Origin: Candidatus Norongarragalinales archaeon
GTDB lineage: Archaea; Micrarchaeota; Micrarchaeia; Norongarragalinales; DASYRB01
Assembly: GCA_036004805.1 (NCBI GenBank)
Contig: DASYRB010000022.1
Span: forward strand, 1 to 59,808
Direction: 5' to 3'
Length of the DNA stretch: 59,808 nt
Positions 8,723 through 18,139 of this stretch are shown here, in pieces (position 1 is the stretch's first letter; every line of letters begins with the position of its first letter). The notes beneath the pieces were generated by a model that saw nothing but the letters and a program-made list of their open reading frames with translations, searched no databases and was not told the DNA's origin. The position numbers were made by a program, and so were the translations under genes.

Positions 8723-11125
8723 ATGAGCATCGCTGATTTCAAGACGCAAAAAATCGAAGAAAAATGGCAGAAGCACTGGGAAGACTCGAAAATTCACCAC
8801 TTCGACGAACACGAAACCAAAAAACCATGGTACGTAATCGACACGCCGCCACCATTCCCGACTGGAGAGTTCCACACGGGCAGCTCGCTCAACTGGTGCT
8901 ACATCGACTTCGTCGCCCGCTACAAACGCATGACCGGCTACAACGTGCTCTTTCCGCAAGGCTGGGACTGCCACGGCTTCCCTACTGAAGTGAAGGTGGA
9001 ACAAAAATTCGGACGCTTGCCGCGCGCGGAATTCAGAGAAAAATGCCTCGAGTTCACCAAACAAAACGTCGCGACGATCAAGCCGCAAATGAAACAACTA
9101 GGCTTCTCGATCGACTGGAGACACGAATACTGGACCATCGATCCATCTTACTACAAAAAAGTACAGCTCTCGCTCGTGCAAATGTTCAACGACGGACAAG
9201 TCTACCACGCACAACACCCAGTGCTGTGGAGCACGCAATGCGGCAGCGCCATCGCCAAAGCCGAAACCGAAGAAGTCCAACGCGAAAGCAAACTCAACTA
9301 CCTCAAATTCGACAGCGACGCCGGCGAACTACTCATCGCAACCACGAGACCAGAATATCTCCACGCGTGCGTCGCAATCCTGATCAATCCTGACGATGCG
9401 CGAGCAAAGCAACTCGCCGGTAAAACTGCCACCGTGCCACTCTTTGGCCAGAAGGTTCCCATCATCAAGGAACTCGACGTCGAGAAAGACTTCGGCACGG
9501 GCTTGGTGATGCTTTGCACGTTCGGAGACAAGAGCGACGTCGTGTGGGCCTACCGCCACGGTCTACCGATCAAGCGTGCGATGGACGAGCACGGCAAGCT
9601 GCTCGACGCCGGCGCTTACACTGGCGAACACTACACAAAGGCTCGCGAGAAAATGCTGGAAGAACTGAAAGCAAAAGGCAAGCTCGCCAAGCAAGAAATA
9701 ATTCAGCAGACGGTTCGTATTCACGACCGCTGCAAAAAACCCGTCGAATACCTAAACAGCGCGCAGTGGTTCATCAAAGTCAAAGAACACAAACAACTAA
9801 TCCTGGACACTGCGGCGGAAATGAAGTGGACGCCCGCGCACGCGCAACAAATGCTTGAGGATTGGACGAATGGGCTCGAGTGGGACTGGTGCATTTCGCG
9901 GCAAAGACACTTCGGCATACCACTGCCTTTCTGGATATGCAAGAACGGACACGCGTACGCGGCCAGCAAAGAAAAACTACCTGTGGACCCGACGAAAGAC
10001 AAGCCGCCACACGAAAACTGTCCCAAATGCCACGAAGAACTCAAAGGCGAAACCGCAGTTGCAGACGGATGGGTCGACAGCAGCATCACGCCCCTAATCA
10101 TTTCGGGCTGGCCGGACAACAAAAAATTCTTCGAAAAAGCCTACCCCAACGCGCTACGACCACAAGGCACGGACATCGTGCGAACATGGGCATTCTACAC
10201 CACGCTGCGATGCAAGCTGCTCACGGGCAAAGCGCCATTCAAAGAAGTACTTGTGAACGGCATGGTGCTCGGCGAAAAAGACAAAAAGAAAATGTCCAAG
10301 AGCCTTGGCAATTACGTCGAAGCGAAGGAAGTCATGACGAAGTACGGCGTCGATGCGTTGCGACAATGGGCCGCGCTCGCCGGACACACAGGAAAAGACG
10401 TCGTGTTCTACCTCAAAGACGTCGACTACGGCAAGAGCTTCGCGATCAAGATGTGGAACGCCGCCAAGTTCTGCGAACGCGCACTGCAAGACTACAAACC
10501 ACACGACAAGCCCACAGCGCTGCGCACGGTCGACAAATGGATACTCTCACGACTCAACAAAACCATCCAAACCACTGGCGACGCGATGGAGAAACAAGAC
10601 TTCTTCACCGCCATCACCACGATTCAAGACTTTTTCTGGCACGAGTTCTGCGACTACTACCTAGAAGACGTGAAGCACCGAGTCTACGGCGAAACCGTGG
10701 AAGCGAACAGCAAACAGGCCGCTCAATTCGCCCTGCACAAGGTAATGCGGACGACTTTGGGCTTGATGGCCCCGTTCGCGCCCTTCACGACGGAAGAGCT
10801 CTGGAGCGAGCTGTTCCAGAAAGAAGAGAAAGCCTCGAGCCTGCACCTGACTTCCTACCCGGCGGCTGAAAGAGCTTATATAAACGAGGACGGCGAAAAG
10901 ATTGCTAGGACACTGCACGAGATCGTCGCGCAGGCCCGAAAATTCAAAGCCTCGAAAGGACTGGCTTTGAACGAGACGCTATCTTCTGCCGAGCTCACCG
11001 TCCCACAAGACGCGGTGAGCGCGATGGACGAGATCGATGAAGAACTGCGCGCAGTAGCACGCATCTCTCAATACAGCGTCAAACCAACCAAAGACCAAAC
11101 ACCCACTGCAATATTCACAGCGTGA
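8723..11125 (+). CDS. valS: valyl-tRNA synthetase (class Ia aaRS)
   Basis: IDTPPPFPTGEFHTGS, GWDCHGFPTE, WCISRQRHFGIPLP and KKMSKSLGN, 800 aa. ValRS is preferred over IleRS or LeuRS on length and motifs. Confidence 0.7.
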   Translation: MSIADFKTQKIEEKWQKHWEDSKIHHFDEHETKKPWYVIDTPPPFPTGEFHTGSSLNWCYIDFVARYKRMTGYNVLFPQGWDCHGFPTEVKVEQKFGRLPRAEFREKCLEFTKQNVATIKPQMKQLGFSIDWRHEYWTIDPSYYKKVQLSLVQMFNDGQVYHAQHPVLWSTQCGSAIAKAETEEVQRESKLNYLKFDSDAGELLIATTRPEYLHACVAILINPDDARAKQLAGKTATVPLFGQKVPIIKELDVEKDFGTGLVMLCTFGDKSDVVWAYRHGLPIKRAMDEHGKLLDAGAYTGEHYTKAREKMLEELKAKGKLAKQEIIQQTVRIHDRCKKPVEYLNSAQWFIKVKEHKQLILDTAAEMKWTPAHAQQMLEDWTNGLEWDWCISRQRHFGIPLPFWICKNGHAYAASKEKLPVDPTKDKPPHENCPKCHEELKGETAVADGWVDSSITPLIISGWPDNKKFFEKAYPNALRPQGTDIVRTWAFYTTLRCKLLTGKAPFKEVLVNGMVLGEKDKKKMSKSLGNYVEAKEVMTKYGVDALRQWAALAGHTGKDVVFYLKDVDYGKSFAIKMWNAAKFCERALQDYKPHDKPTALRTVDKWILSRLNKTIQTTGDAMEKQDFFTAITTIQDFFWHEFCDYYLEDVKHRVYGETVEANSKQAAQFALHKVMRTTLGLMAPFAPFTTEELWSELFQKEEKASSLHLTSYPAAERAYINEDGEKIARTLHEIVAQARKFKASKGLALNETLSSAELTVPQDAVSAMDEIDEELRAVARISQYSVKPTKDQTPTAIFTA

Positions 11126-11129
11126 AAAA

Positions 11130-11585
11130 ATGGCGAGAATGCACAGCAAAAAACACGGACGCGCCTCCAGCCACAAGCCCACTCGCAAGATCGCGCCCAA
11201 CTGGATCAAGACATCCAAGGAAGAAGTTTACAAGCTCGTCGAAAAACTCGCCCGCGAAGGATCGGCCGAAGCCAAGATAGGACTCGTTCTACGCGACCAG
11301 TACGGAATACCATCAGTCAAGCTCATCACGAAAAAAACCGTCTCCGAAATACTCAAAGAGAAGGGAATCGCGCCGCAATACCCAAGCGACCTACTCGACC
11401 TCATCCGACGCGCCGCACGCATGCGCAAACACTTGGGCACGCACAAGCAAGACGACTCCAACATCTCGAAACTCAAGCACGTCGAAAGCAAAGTATTCAG
11501 ACTCTCTTCATACTACAAACGCGAAGGCAAACTGCCATCTACCTGGAGATACTCACCAGAAGCCGCAGCCCTCCTAGTCAAGTGA
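11130..11585 (+). CDS. rps15: ribosomal protein S15 (uS15, S13e type)
   Basis: MARMHSKKHGRASSHKP N-terminus, 151 aa. Confidence 0.85.
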   Translation: MARMHSKKHGRASSHKPTRKIAPNWIKTSKEEVYKLVEKLAREGSAEAKIGLVLRDQYGIPSVKLITKKTVSEILKEKGIAPQYPSDLLDLIRRAARMRKHLGTHKQDDSNISKLKHVESKVFRLSSYYKREGKLPSTWRYSPEAAALLVK

Positions 11586-11592
11586 TTTTGTC

Positions 11593-12234
11593 ATGGCACC
11601 ACCAAAGAAAGTAGTAGACACGTACAAGCTCAAAACCTGGTACAAGATCGTCGCACCCAAATTCTTGAACGAGGCAGAGGTAGGAGAAGTGCCGGCCAAC
11701 GAAGACATCGCACTCGTCAACCGAATCATCGAAGTACCACTCAAAGACATCACCCGCGACCTCTCACACATCCACACGACAGTCAAACTGCGTGTCAGTG
11801 AGATCAAGGGCAAGACCGCCTTCACGAAATACATCGGTCACGAAATCGCCCGCACCTCGATCCAACCACTCGTTCGCAAGAACCGAGACATGCTCGACAT
11901 CACAATTTCAGTCGTTAGCAAGGACGGCGTCGAGTACGTAATCAAAGCCTTTGCAATCACCGCAGTTCCAGGCAGCGGCAGACAAAAGGCCTCGATTCGA
12001 AACATGCTTAACGAAGAACTCCGAGCGAAAGCCGAAAGCACGAACTTCGGAGACTTCGTCAACCAAGTGCTGCGTGGACAATTCAGCGGCGAGCTGCGCG
12101 AAAAGTTGCATAAAGTTCTTCCGATAAAGATAGTTGACGTGCGCAAGACCGCCTTGAAGGAAGAGTTCGACACGCCAGAAAAACACGCCAACCTCGAAGA
12201 CGAACCAGTCGCCGCAACACAAGAAGCAGCTTAA
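11593..12234 (+). CDS. rps3ae: ribosomal protein S3Ae (eS1)
   Basis: KKVVDTYKLKTWYKIVAPKFL N-terminus, 213 aa. Confidence 0.85.
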   Translation: MAPPKKVVDTYKLKTWYKIVAPKFLNEAEVGEVPANEDIALVNRIIEVPLKDITRDLSHIHTTVKLRVSEIKGKTAFTKYIGHEIARTSIQPLVRKNRDMLDITISVVSKDGVEYVIKAFAITAVPGSGRQKASIRNMLNEELRAKAESTNFGDFVNQVLRGQFSGELREKLHKVLPIKIVDVRKTALKEEFDTPEKHANLEDEPVAATQEAA

Positions 12235-12275
12235 ACTGCACTCTTTTTCTTTACGCAAAACGCTCCTAGTGGATA

Positions 12276-12839
12276 ATGTCTAAATTTGAGCGATTCATGC
12301 GTGAAGGCAACCGCAAACTAGTCATCAAACACCTGGAGAAAATCAATAAGCCAGCCAAAATCGCGCTCGCCTTAGCGCATAACAACACAGCAGTAAAAGA
12401 AAAGGCGGCTTTGGTGCTATCTCGTTACGGAACTGAAGGCGCGCGACACCTAGCCGCATCATTGCACTCACACGAATTTGCAGATGTTTCCGCCGGGATA
12501 TTTGGCTTGTGGAAAATGCATCGCCGTGGGCAGGGCAAGCACGTGAATCCATACGTGAAAGAAATATCCGAGAGCATTTTGAAAATACCAGAAAATAACT
12601 TGAACTTCGGATTATATCCAGGAATACCTTATGGCGGGACAATCGGTACCGCGGCAGACCTGCTCAGAAGAATCAATGATCCAACCGCGATTCCTGCACT
12701 TCAAAAGATAAGAGAAATCCCAAAAGGTTACACTCCAAACGTAAGAGAGATGATTAACGACGCCATCCTCGAACTCCAAATGACCAAACTAGGAATTCCA
12801 AAGAAACTCATTGCGCCCGCGCGAGAGAAAAGAAAATGA
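12276..12839 (+). CDS. MSKLERF-family helical (HEAT-like) repeat protein, copy 1
   Basis: MSKFERFMREGNRKLVIKHLEKINKPAKIALA head shared with 5 other ORFs. The stop overlaps the next ATG. Confidence 0.6.
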   Translation: MSKFERFMREGNRKLVIKHLEKINKPAKIALALAHNNTAVKEKAALVLSRYGTEGARHLAASLHSHEFADVSAGIFGLWKMHRRGQGKHVNPYVKEISESILKIPENNLNFGLYPGIPYGGTIGTAADLLRRINDPTAIPALQKIREIPKGYTPNVREMINDAILELQMTKLGIPKKLIAPAREKRK

Positions 12840-13381
12840 GCAAACTAGAACGCTTCATGCACGAGGGTCACTATGCGAACGTGATCAAGCACCTGCGAAA
12901 AATGAAACAGCCGGCAAAGATTGCGTTAGCGTTCAGTCACGCAGATTACGGCGTGAACAAAGTCGCTTCAGAACGACTTGCACATTTGGGAGAACCGGGT
13001 GCAAGACAACTCGCTAACTCTTTGCGGTCAAACAACATGTTTGAAGTGGAATATGCAGTCAGTGGACTATCAAGAATGCCACTGAAGCACGTGAAACCAT
13101 TCGCGAAAAACATTGCAGACTCGGGGCTCTTTCTTCCAAAACCAATCAATTTGAGAATTAAGGAAAGAATTATCGAAAAATCTGCAAAGCTTTTGGAGAG
13201 AATTCGAGATCCTTCAGTACTGCCACAAGTCGAAGCGAAAATGCGCGAACTTGACCTTGCAAAATCCAGCCCGTTCGGAGCAAAATTTGCCCTCGAAGGC
13301 GCGCTCCTAGAACTAATGCGAGTAGCGCGGCAAACCATCAAGAAAACACCCATCGCGCCTCCGCGAGTCAAAAAGAAATGA
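12836..13381 (+). CDS. MSKLERF-family helical repeat protein, copy 2
   Basis: MSKLERFMHEGHYANVIKHLRKMKQPAKIALA. ATGA overlaps on both sides. Confidence 0.6.
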   Translation: MSKLERFMHEGHYANVIKHLRKMKQPAKIALAFSHADYGVNKVASERLAHLGEPGARQLANSLRSNNMFEVEYAVSGLSRMPLKHVKPFAKNIADSGLFLPKPINLRIKERIIEKSAKLLERIRDPSVLPQVEAKMRELDLAKSSPFGAKFALEGALLELMRVARQTIKKTPIAPPRVKKK

Positions 13382-13899
13382 GCAAACTAGAACGCTTCTT
13401 CAAACACGGCGAGCCGAAGATGGTCGAAGCACACATCGCCAAGATGAAGAATCCGGAAAAAGTTGCGCTCGCTCTTTTGAATTACAGAGATCAGTACGTT
13501 CCACGCAAAGCGGGAGAACGCTTGGCGCAACTGGGGCCGGCCGGTATCGAACAGTTGAAAAAATTTATTCAACATCCACAACCTCTTACACGAGAGGGCG
13601 CGCTTTGGGGATTTGGGCACATGGGCGAGGCCGCGGAGCCGCAAGTGAATCTAATCGTTCGCCATGGTTTGCGGTCCAATCGGAGGGAGACTACTCGCAT
13701 GATTGCTGCATTTATGCTTGGGATGATTTGCTCGCGAAAAGCACTTCCAGCTCTCAAGGCTGAATTGAAAAAAAGCGAAGAACTACCGGAATTTGCGAAA
13801 TCAAGTTACCTAGAAAACGATATGCGTGCCGCGATTAAAGCAATAGAAACCAGAACGCCCCTCAAAATTCAAGATTTCTATTCTAAATCCGGCGTTTGA
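13378..13899 (+). CDS. MSKLERF-family helical repeat protein, copy 3
   Basis: MSKLERFFKHGEPKMVEAHIAKMKNPEKVALA. Its first 21 nt are identical to copy 2. Confidence 0.6.
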   Translation: MSKLERFFKHGEPKMVEAHIAKMKNPEKVALALLNYRDQYVPRKAGERLAQLGPAGIEQLKKFIQHPQPLTREGALWGFGHMGEAAEPQVNLIVRHGLRSNRRETTRMIAAFMLGMICSRKALPALKAELKKSEELPEFAKSSYLENDMRAAIKAIETRTPLKIQDFYSKSGV

Positions 13900-14497
13900 A
13901 AACCAGGTTCGGTAGTTTTTTGCCGAATCGTTTGTAAGCTACTTCCATGTAACTGCTCGCGAGCAAGCGTGGCGTTTTGATTCCTAACTTTTTCGCCGTT
14001 TCGTAGATCGTTTTCTCGTTTGGCGCTTCGATCTCTACAAACCAGCCCATTTTCGGCAAGAAGTCGATCGTGATCATCGTTTTTCCTATTCTCCAGTCCT
14101 CACGTCGTTTTTCGTAAACCCAAACCGTCTTCAGGCCCAGATCTCGCAACGCAAATCCAAGTTCTTTGGCGTCATAGAATGCGAACTGTTGCTTTTGTCG
14201 CTGGTAATGCGTTGAAGTGTCGATAGAGATGTTGTGCTCGTCACGGCGAAAAGAACTCGCCACTTTGCGCTGCTTGATCGTCAAAACAGTTCCCGTCTTC
14301 TTGCCTCTGCGCCATCCACGCACGCGCAACAGCTTGCCCTGCTTCTCGAGACGCCAGTCGGGAAAATCGAACAACTCGTTACGCTCCCACTCTAACCCAT
14401 CAAATCGCGCATGCAAACGCTTCAAATGGTTCCTGACAATGTTCGCTTCCTTTGGTGAGAGCACGATTTTGGCTTCGATCTCGACGTTTTTCGGCAT
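13883..14497 (-). CDS. CYTH domain protein (CyaB/ThTPase family)
   Basis: N-terminal EIEAKIVL (ExExK motif) and C-terminal FVEIEAP. Confidence 0.65.
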   Translation of the reverse strand: MPKNVEIEAKIVLSPKEANIVRNHLKRLHARFDGLEWERNELFDFPDWRLEKQGKLLRVRGWRRGKKTGTVLTIKQRKVASSFRRDEHNISIDTSTHYQRQKQQFAFYDAKELGFALRDLGLKTVWVYEKRREDWRIGKTMITIDFLPKMGWFVEIEAPNEKTIYETAKKLGIKTPRLLASSYMEVAYKRFGKKLPNLVFKRRI

Positions 14498-14547
14498 GCT
14501 ACACGCTACCGAATTTCAAAATAATAACCGAACTGACGCGCTGTGAT

Positions 14548-15426
14548 CTATCTTTTCGTCAAGAGCTGCTTGAAAGTCGCGGCAACGTGCGGGCTCTGTA
14601 GCCAGAGTCCGACTTCGTCTTCGGGAGCGACTTCGTCGCCTGTGAGAAAGAGTAGTGCTTGGTCGTCAGCAAGAACGAGACGCGTCGGCAAAAGCTTGTC
14701 TGTAATAGAGGTCGCGATTTTCGAAACTTCAGGCGCGCGAGTTGGTGCTACGACGTGAATCTTAACGCCACGCGTTTTTGCGGCCTCGAGTTCTTTTTGG
14801 TGTGCTCTGATTTTTTTCAAAACGCCTTCTCCGGTGCTTGAGATGATGATGTGTTCGCGCGCGTCTTGAAGCATCGTGTTCATCTTGCTGTGAATAGAAT
14901 CCAAACCCTTGAGGGTCCATACGACTTCCTCGCCCAACTTCTTGTCGCTCGTGGTCGACTTCATTTTCGACTGCAAATTTTTCGTCAAGTCCTCGATCGT
15001 CTTCAATTCTTGCGCGAGCGAGTTTTCCTTCTGCTTTTTGAGCGTCTTAACCGCTTCCAAGAGAGGCAGTGCGGCGTATTCTACGGGTCTTCCTGGTTTG
15101 AGCGCGACGAATCCCTTTCCTTGCAGGCGGTCGAGGACGTCGTAAACACGCGGACGTGGCAGGGCAGCGGCTTCGCTGAGTTTGCCGGCGGTGCAGTTGC
15201 CAGAAACGCTGAGAGCATAATACGCCTTGGCCTCGTACTGGTTCAGTCCGAGCCTGCGCAGCACTCCCACCACTTCAGGATTGTTTGGCATGCGAATCGA
15301 TGAGCTAACTGGCACGCCGCTTTTAAGCTTACTTCTCACTTCCAAGTTTTCCATTAGGTAATCAGTCACGACTAACAGTGAATGCCGCGAAACGCGCGTT
15401 TTCCACACATTTTTTTCTTCCTTCAC
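14548..15426 (-). CDS. trmB: TrmB-family transcriptional regulator
   Basis: LGLNQYEAKAYYALSVSGNCTAGKLSEAAALPRPRVYDVLDRLQGKGFV wHTH. ATG 15291 is an alternative start. Confidence 0.75.
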   Translation of the reverse strand: MKEEKNVWKTRVSRHSLLVVTDYLMENLEVRSKLKSGVPVSSSIRMPNNPEVVGVLRRLGLNQYEAKAYYALSVSGNCTAGKLSEAAALPRPRVYDVLDRLQGKGFVALKPGRPVEYAALPLLEAVKTLKKQKENSLAQELKTIEDLTKNLQSKMKSTTSDKKLGEEVVWTLKGLDSIHSKMNTMLQDAREHIIISSTGEGVLKKIRAHQKELEAAKTRGVKIHVVAPTRAPEVSKIATSITDKLLPTRLVLADDQALLFLTGDEVAPEDEVGLWLQSPHVAATFKQLLTKR

Positions 15427-15445
15427 TCTTCTAGGCGGACAATTC

Positions 15446-15459
15446 TATTTAAATGTATA
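15446..15459 (-). promoter_or_regulatory. TATA-box-like element upstream of trmB
   Basis: The minus strand reads TATACATTTAAATA, 20-33 nt upstream of start 15426. Confidence 0.3.
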
Positions 15460-15487
15460 CACTGTGCCGTAGTGACAAACCGTAATG

Positions 15488-15496
15488 CTTAAAAGG
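15488..15496 (+). promoter_or_regulatory. TATA-box-like element upstream of the 15523 surface protein
   Basis: CTTAAAAGG centred about 31 nt upstream of GTG 15523. Confidence 0.3.
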
Positions 15497-15522
15497 TCGT
15501 AATTACAGGAAAGTAGTAACAA

Positions 15523-17085
15523 GTGGCAAACAAGCTTTTCGTAGTGTTTGGAATCGCGCTCATGGTCCTAGCGGCCAGTGCCTCGGCTCTCTCTTTGAGC
15601 CTCGCGGCTTCCAGCGCCACTATTACGCCCTCGACCGAGGGCAAGATCTTCATGACCATCAGCAATGATGGCAGCGAGAAGCTCGTCAGCCTCAGCGCCC
15701 GCGCGCCACACCTGCAAGTCTTCTTTGACGCTTCTGCGTTGAGATTGCAGGCTTTCGAAACCAAGGGCACTTACATCCGCTTTACCTCGATTCCGGGATT
15801 CAAGGGCGTCGAGGACATCGACGTTTTTGCAGAATGGAGCGAGAACGGACAAATCAAGCGCGCCACCAAGACCCTGCGCGTTTTTGTTGACGGTACTGGA
15901 AGCGTGAACAGCGGTCCAGCGCCAGTTCGCAACTACGTGCCCGGCACTTACAGCGGTCAAGATGGTTCTTATCAATTGCAGAGCTACGTCGAAAGCCAAG
16001 CTTTCTTCGACCCTGCGCAATACAGCGTCGACGTCAAGCTCGACAGCGACCAAGTCGGCGTAACGGCATTCCCCGGACAGCTTTCCAGGATGCGCGTCAT
16101 GCTCATCAACAAGGGAGCCGCGGGCAGTTTCGACCTCATGGCGATCAGCGGCGACGAGAACGCTGCAGTCACCGTCATCAACACTCCCGTTACGCTGTTG
16201 CGTGGCGAGGCCAAGACTGTCTTCGTCGACATCCAGCCCGCCAGCAGGATTCAAGCGGGACGCTACTGGTTCACTTTCGAAGTGCTCAGCCAGGGTTACG
16301 TCGTGAAGGAGCGCGAGATGTACTTCGACGTGCAAGACAAGTTCGACGCCGTCATCAAAATCAATTCTCCAATCACGGTCACGCAAAGCACCACGCCGGT
16401 CAAGATTCAAGCCACGATCCAGAACACTGGAACTGCGAAGGACACTTACGTGCTCAGCACGAAGAACGCTTTCGCAAGCGTGCCGCAACGCATTACTCTT
16501 AATGGCGGAGACCGCGCGACCTTCGACATCACCCTCGACACCTCGAAAATGACGCAAGGCGAAAACCTGCTCGAGATCCGTGCCGAGAGCGACAAGGTGC
16601 AAGGCGCAGGAACCGCCAAGATCATTCTCGAAAAAGCACAAACGCCAATCACGAGCATAGACATCGACCTCAAGAACACTTACGGACAGGACCTCGACAG
16701 CGTCACCGTCAGCATCGAAGGAATTCCGAGCACGTGGGAAGTCATCAAGCCCTTGCCTTTCGCGCTCAGAGCTGGCGAAACGAAGACAATCAGTGTTCAA
16801 ATCAAGCAAGCCACGAACGAGGAAGCCGCAAACCCGGTTCTCGTCGTGAAGAATGGAGCGACCGTGCTCGAACGCAGACCCTTGCCAGCAATCAAGGCCG
16901 CTGGCGGACTCACTGGATTGTTCACCGCAGGAGCCAACGTCAGCACTGCCGCTATTCTCATAATCGCCGCTCTCATAATCGCTGCATTCTACGCCAGACA
17001 GAAGGAGCAGCGCGCCAAGTCGCAGGACTTCGAAGCGAAAATGAAGAAGATCCGCGACGCGCTACAAAAAATCCGCGAAGCGTAA
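15523..17085 (+). CDS. secreted, C-terminally anchored surface protein (NEW3/CARDB-like Ig-fold repeats)
   Basis: Signal peptide. Repeats of the type IEGIPSTWEVIKPLPFALRAGETKTISVQI. C-terminal GGLTGLFTAG followed by a TM helix and a basic tail. Confidence 0.6.
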   Translation: MANKLFVVFGIALMVLAASASALSLSLAASSATITPSTEGKIFMTISNDGSEKLVSLSARAPHLQVFFDASALRLQAFETKGTYIRFTSIPGFKGVEDIDVFAEWSENGQIKRATKTLRVFVDGTGSVNSGPAPVRNYVPGTYSGQDGSYQLQSYVESQAFFDPAQYSVDVKLDSDQVGVTAFPGQLSRMRVMLINKGAAGSFDLMAISGDENAAVTVINTPVTLLRGEAKTVFVDIQPASRIQAGRYWFTFEVLSQGYVVKEREMYFDVQDKFDAVIKINSPITVTQSTTPVKIQATIQNTGTAKDTYVLSTKNAFASVPQRITLNGGDRATFDITLDTSKMTQGENLLEIRAESDKVQGAGTAKIILEKAQTPITSIDIDLKNTYGQDLDSVTVSIEGIPSTWEVIKPLPFALRAGETKTISVQIKQATNEEAANPVLVVKNGATVLERRPLPAIKAAGGLTGLFTAGANVSTAAILIIAALIIAAFYARQKEQRAKSQDFEAKMKKIRDALQKIREA

Positions 17086-17098
17086 AAAGCGCAAAAAC

Positions 17099-17968
17099 TC
17101 ATTCTAGCGCCAGGTGGCATCCCAGGATGCCAATGTTTTCTCCCAGCGACGTTCTCTCGATTTGCGGCACTGGAACGTAAGCGAATTTCGAAACTTCTTC
17201 ACGCGTCGGAATAACTTTGATGAACTGGTTCAGACCAATCGAACCCATTATGACGACTTTGTCCATGGGTAGCGCGTTCGCCATCGAACCAATACCCTGC
17301 GCATTATGCAGCCTTGCTCGTTCAACGAGCTCTTTCGCTTTCGCGTCACCTTTCTCCGCGAGCTGAAACAACTCTTCTGCTGTTGTGGGTTTTCCAAAAA
17401 CTTTAGTGGCGGCTCGTGACAAGCCATTGCCGGAACTGTAAGCTTCCCAACAGCCCAAGTGTCCGCAAGCTGCGGGTTCGCCGTTAGTTACTTGCACGTC
17501 GTGCCCAAATTCGCCAGCAAGGCCACCAACAACTTTACCATCAAGAACAATTCCCGCGCCTATTCCGGTGCTTAGTGTTAGGAGGTAGAAGTTTTTCGTG
17601 ATTTTTCCAGCACCAAGAATTCTCTCAGCTTCGATTGCGACGTTCAAATCATTATCGACGCGCACGACGGTCTTGAAAACTTCTGTCAACTCGTGAACCG
17701 CGGGCCAGTGTTGTTTCCAGCCAAGCGGTGCCGCGCCAAGCAACACGCCGTCCTTTACGGGTCCGGGCACGCAGACGCTCACGCCTTCGGGCTTTTTGCC
17801 CGCGCGCAGCTCGTTGCTCATTTTCTTTATCTGTGCAACAAGGGCTTTGGTGCTCGAGCTGTCTGTGGGTTGCTTGATGCTCTTCAAAATTCGCGGCGCG
17901 TGCATACCGTCTTCGACTAGCGCACCAATGATCTTCGTACCGCCAATGTCGTAGCACTCGCTAAGCAT
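17099..17968 (-). CDS. ROK-family sugar kinase (glucokinase-like)
   Basis: YDIGGTKIIGALV ATP-binding motif and the CGHLGCWEAYSSGNGL ROK signature. Confidence 0.8.
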   Translation of the reverse strand: MLSECYDIGGTKIIGALVEDGMHAPRILKSIKQPTDSSSTKALVAQIKKMSNELRAGKKPEGVSVCVPGPVKDGVLLGAAPLGWKQHWPAVHELTEVFKTVVRVDNDLNVAIEAERILGAGKITKNFYLLTLSTGIGAGIVLDGKVVGGLAGEFGHDVQVTNGEPAACGHLGCWEAYSSGNGLSRAATKVFGKPTTAEELFQLAEKGDAKAKELVERARLHNAQGIGSMANALPMDKVVIMGSIGLNQFIKVIPTREEVSKFAYVPVPQIERTSLGENIGILGCHLALE

Positions 17969-18011
17969 AGAAACAGATTGGGGCTGGGGGGAGTTTTAAG
18001 TGGTGCTGGCG

Positions 18012-18122
18012 CTAGCGCTTCGCGAGAAATTCTAGAGCTTCTTTATTCTCGCGAATGATTTTCTTCAGGAGTCTTCGGAACTCCTCTTTCGGTACGTATT
18101 CTACTTTTTGTTCGTTAGTCAT
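18012..18122 (-). CDS. 36-aa ORF directly downstream of doc (possible partner or antitoxin)
   Basis: My translation is MTNEQKVEYVPKEEFRRLLKKIIRENKEALEFLAKR. It starts 17 nt after the doc stop. No homology support is available by eye. Confidence 0.25.
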   Translation of the reverse strand: MTNEQKVEYVPKEEFRRLLKKIIRENKEALEFLAKR

Positions 18123-18139
18123 TCGCATTCTACATCATC

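Noticed and set aside
9862-10869. Long alternative-frame ORFs inside recognised genes: 9862-10869 in valS, 35680-36492 and 36302-37024 opposite ccdA and its neighbour, 49776-50720 opposite the pilus ATPase, 52147-52839 opposite a pilin-like gene, 54708-55490 in endA, and 51312-51947.
   Set aside because: The translations are Arg/His/Ser-rich low complexity, and each overlaps a gene with strong family motifs in another frame or strand.
15568-16809. A 413-aa ORF antisense to the 15523-17085 surface-protein gene. The same applies to 27630-28682 (350 aa) antisense to the 26283 gene.
   Set aside because: These are shadow ORFs with Arg/Asp/Val-rich, motif-free translations. The sense-strand genes have signal peptides, repeats and anchors.
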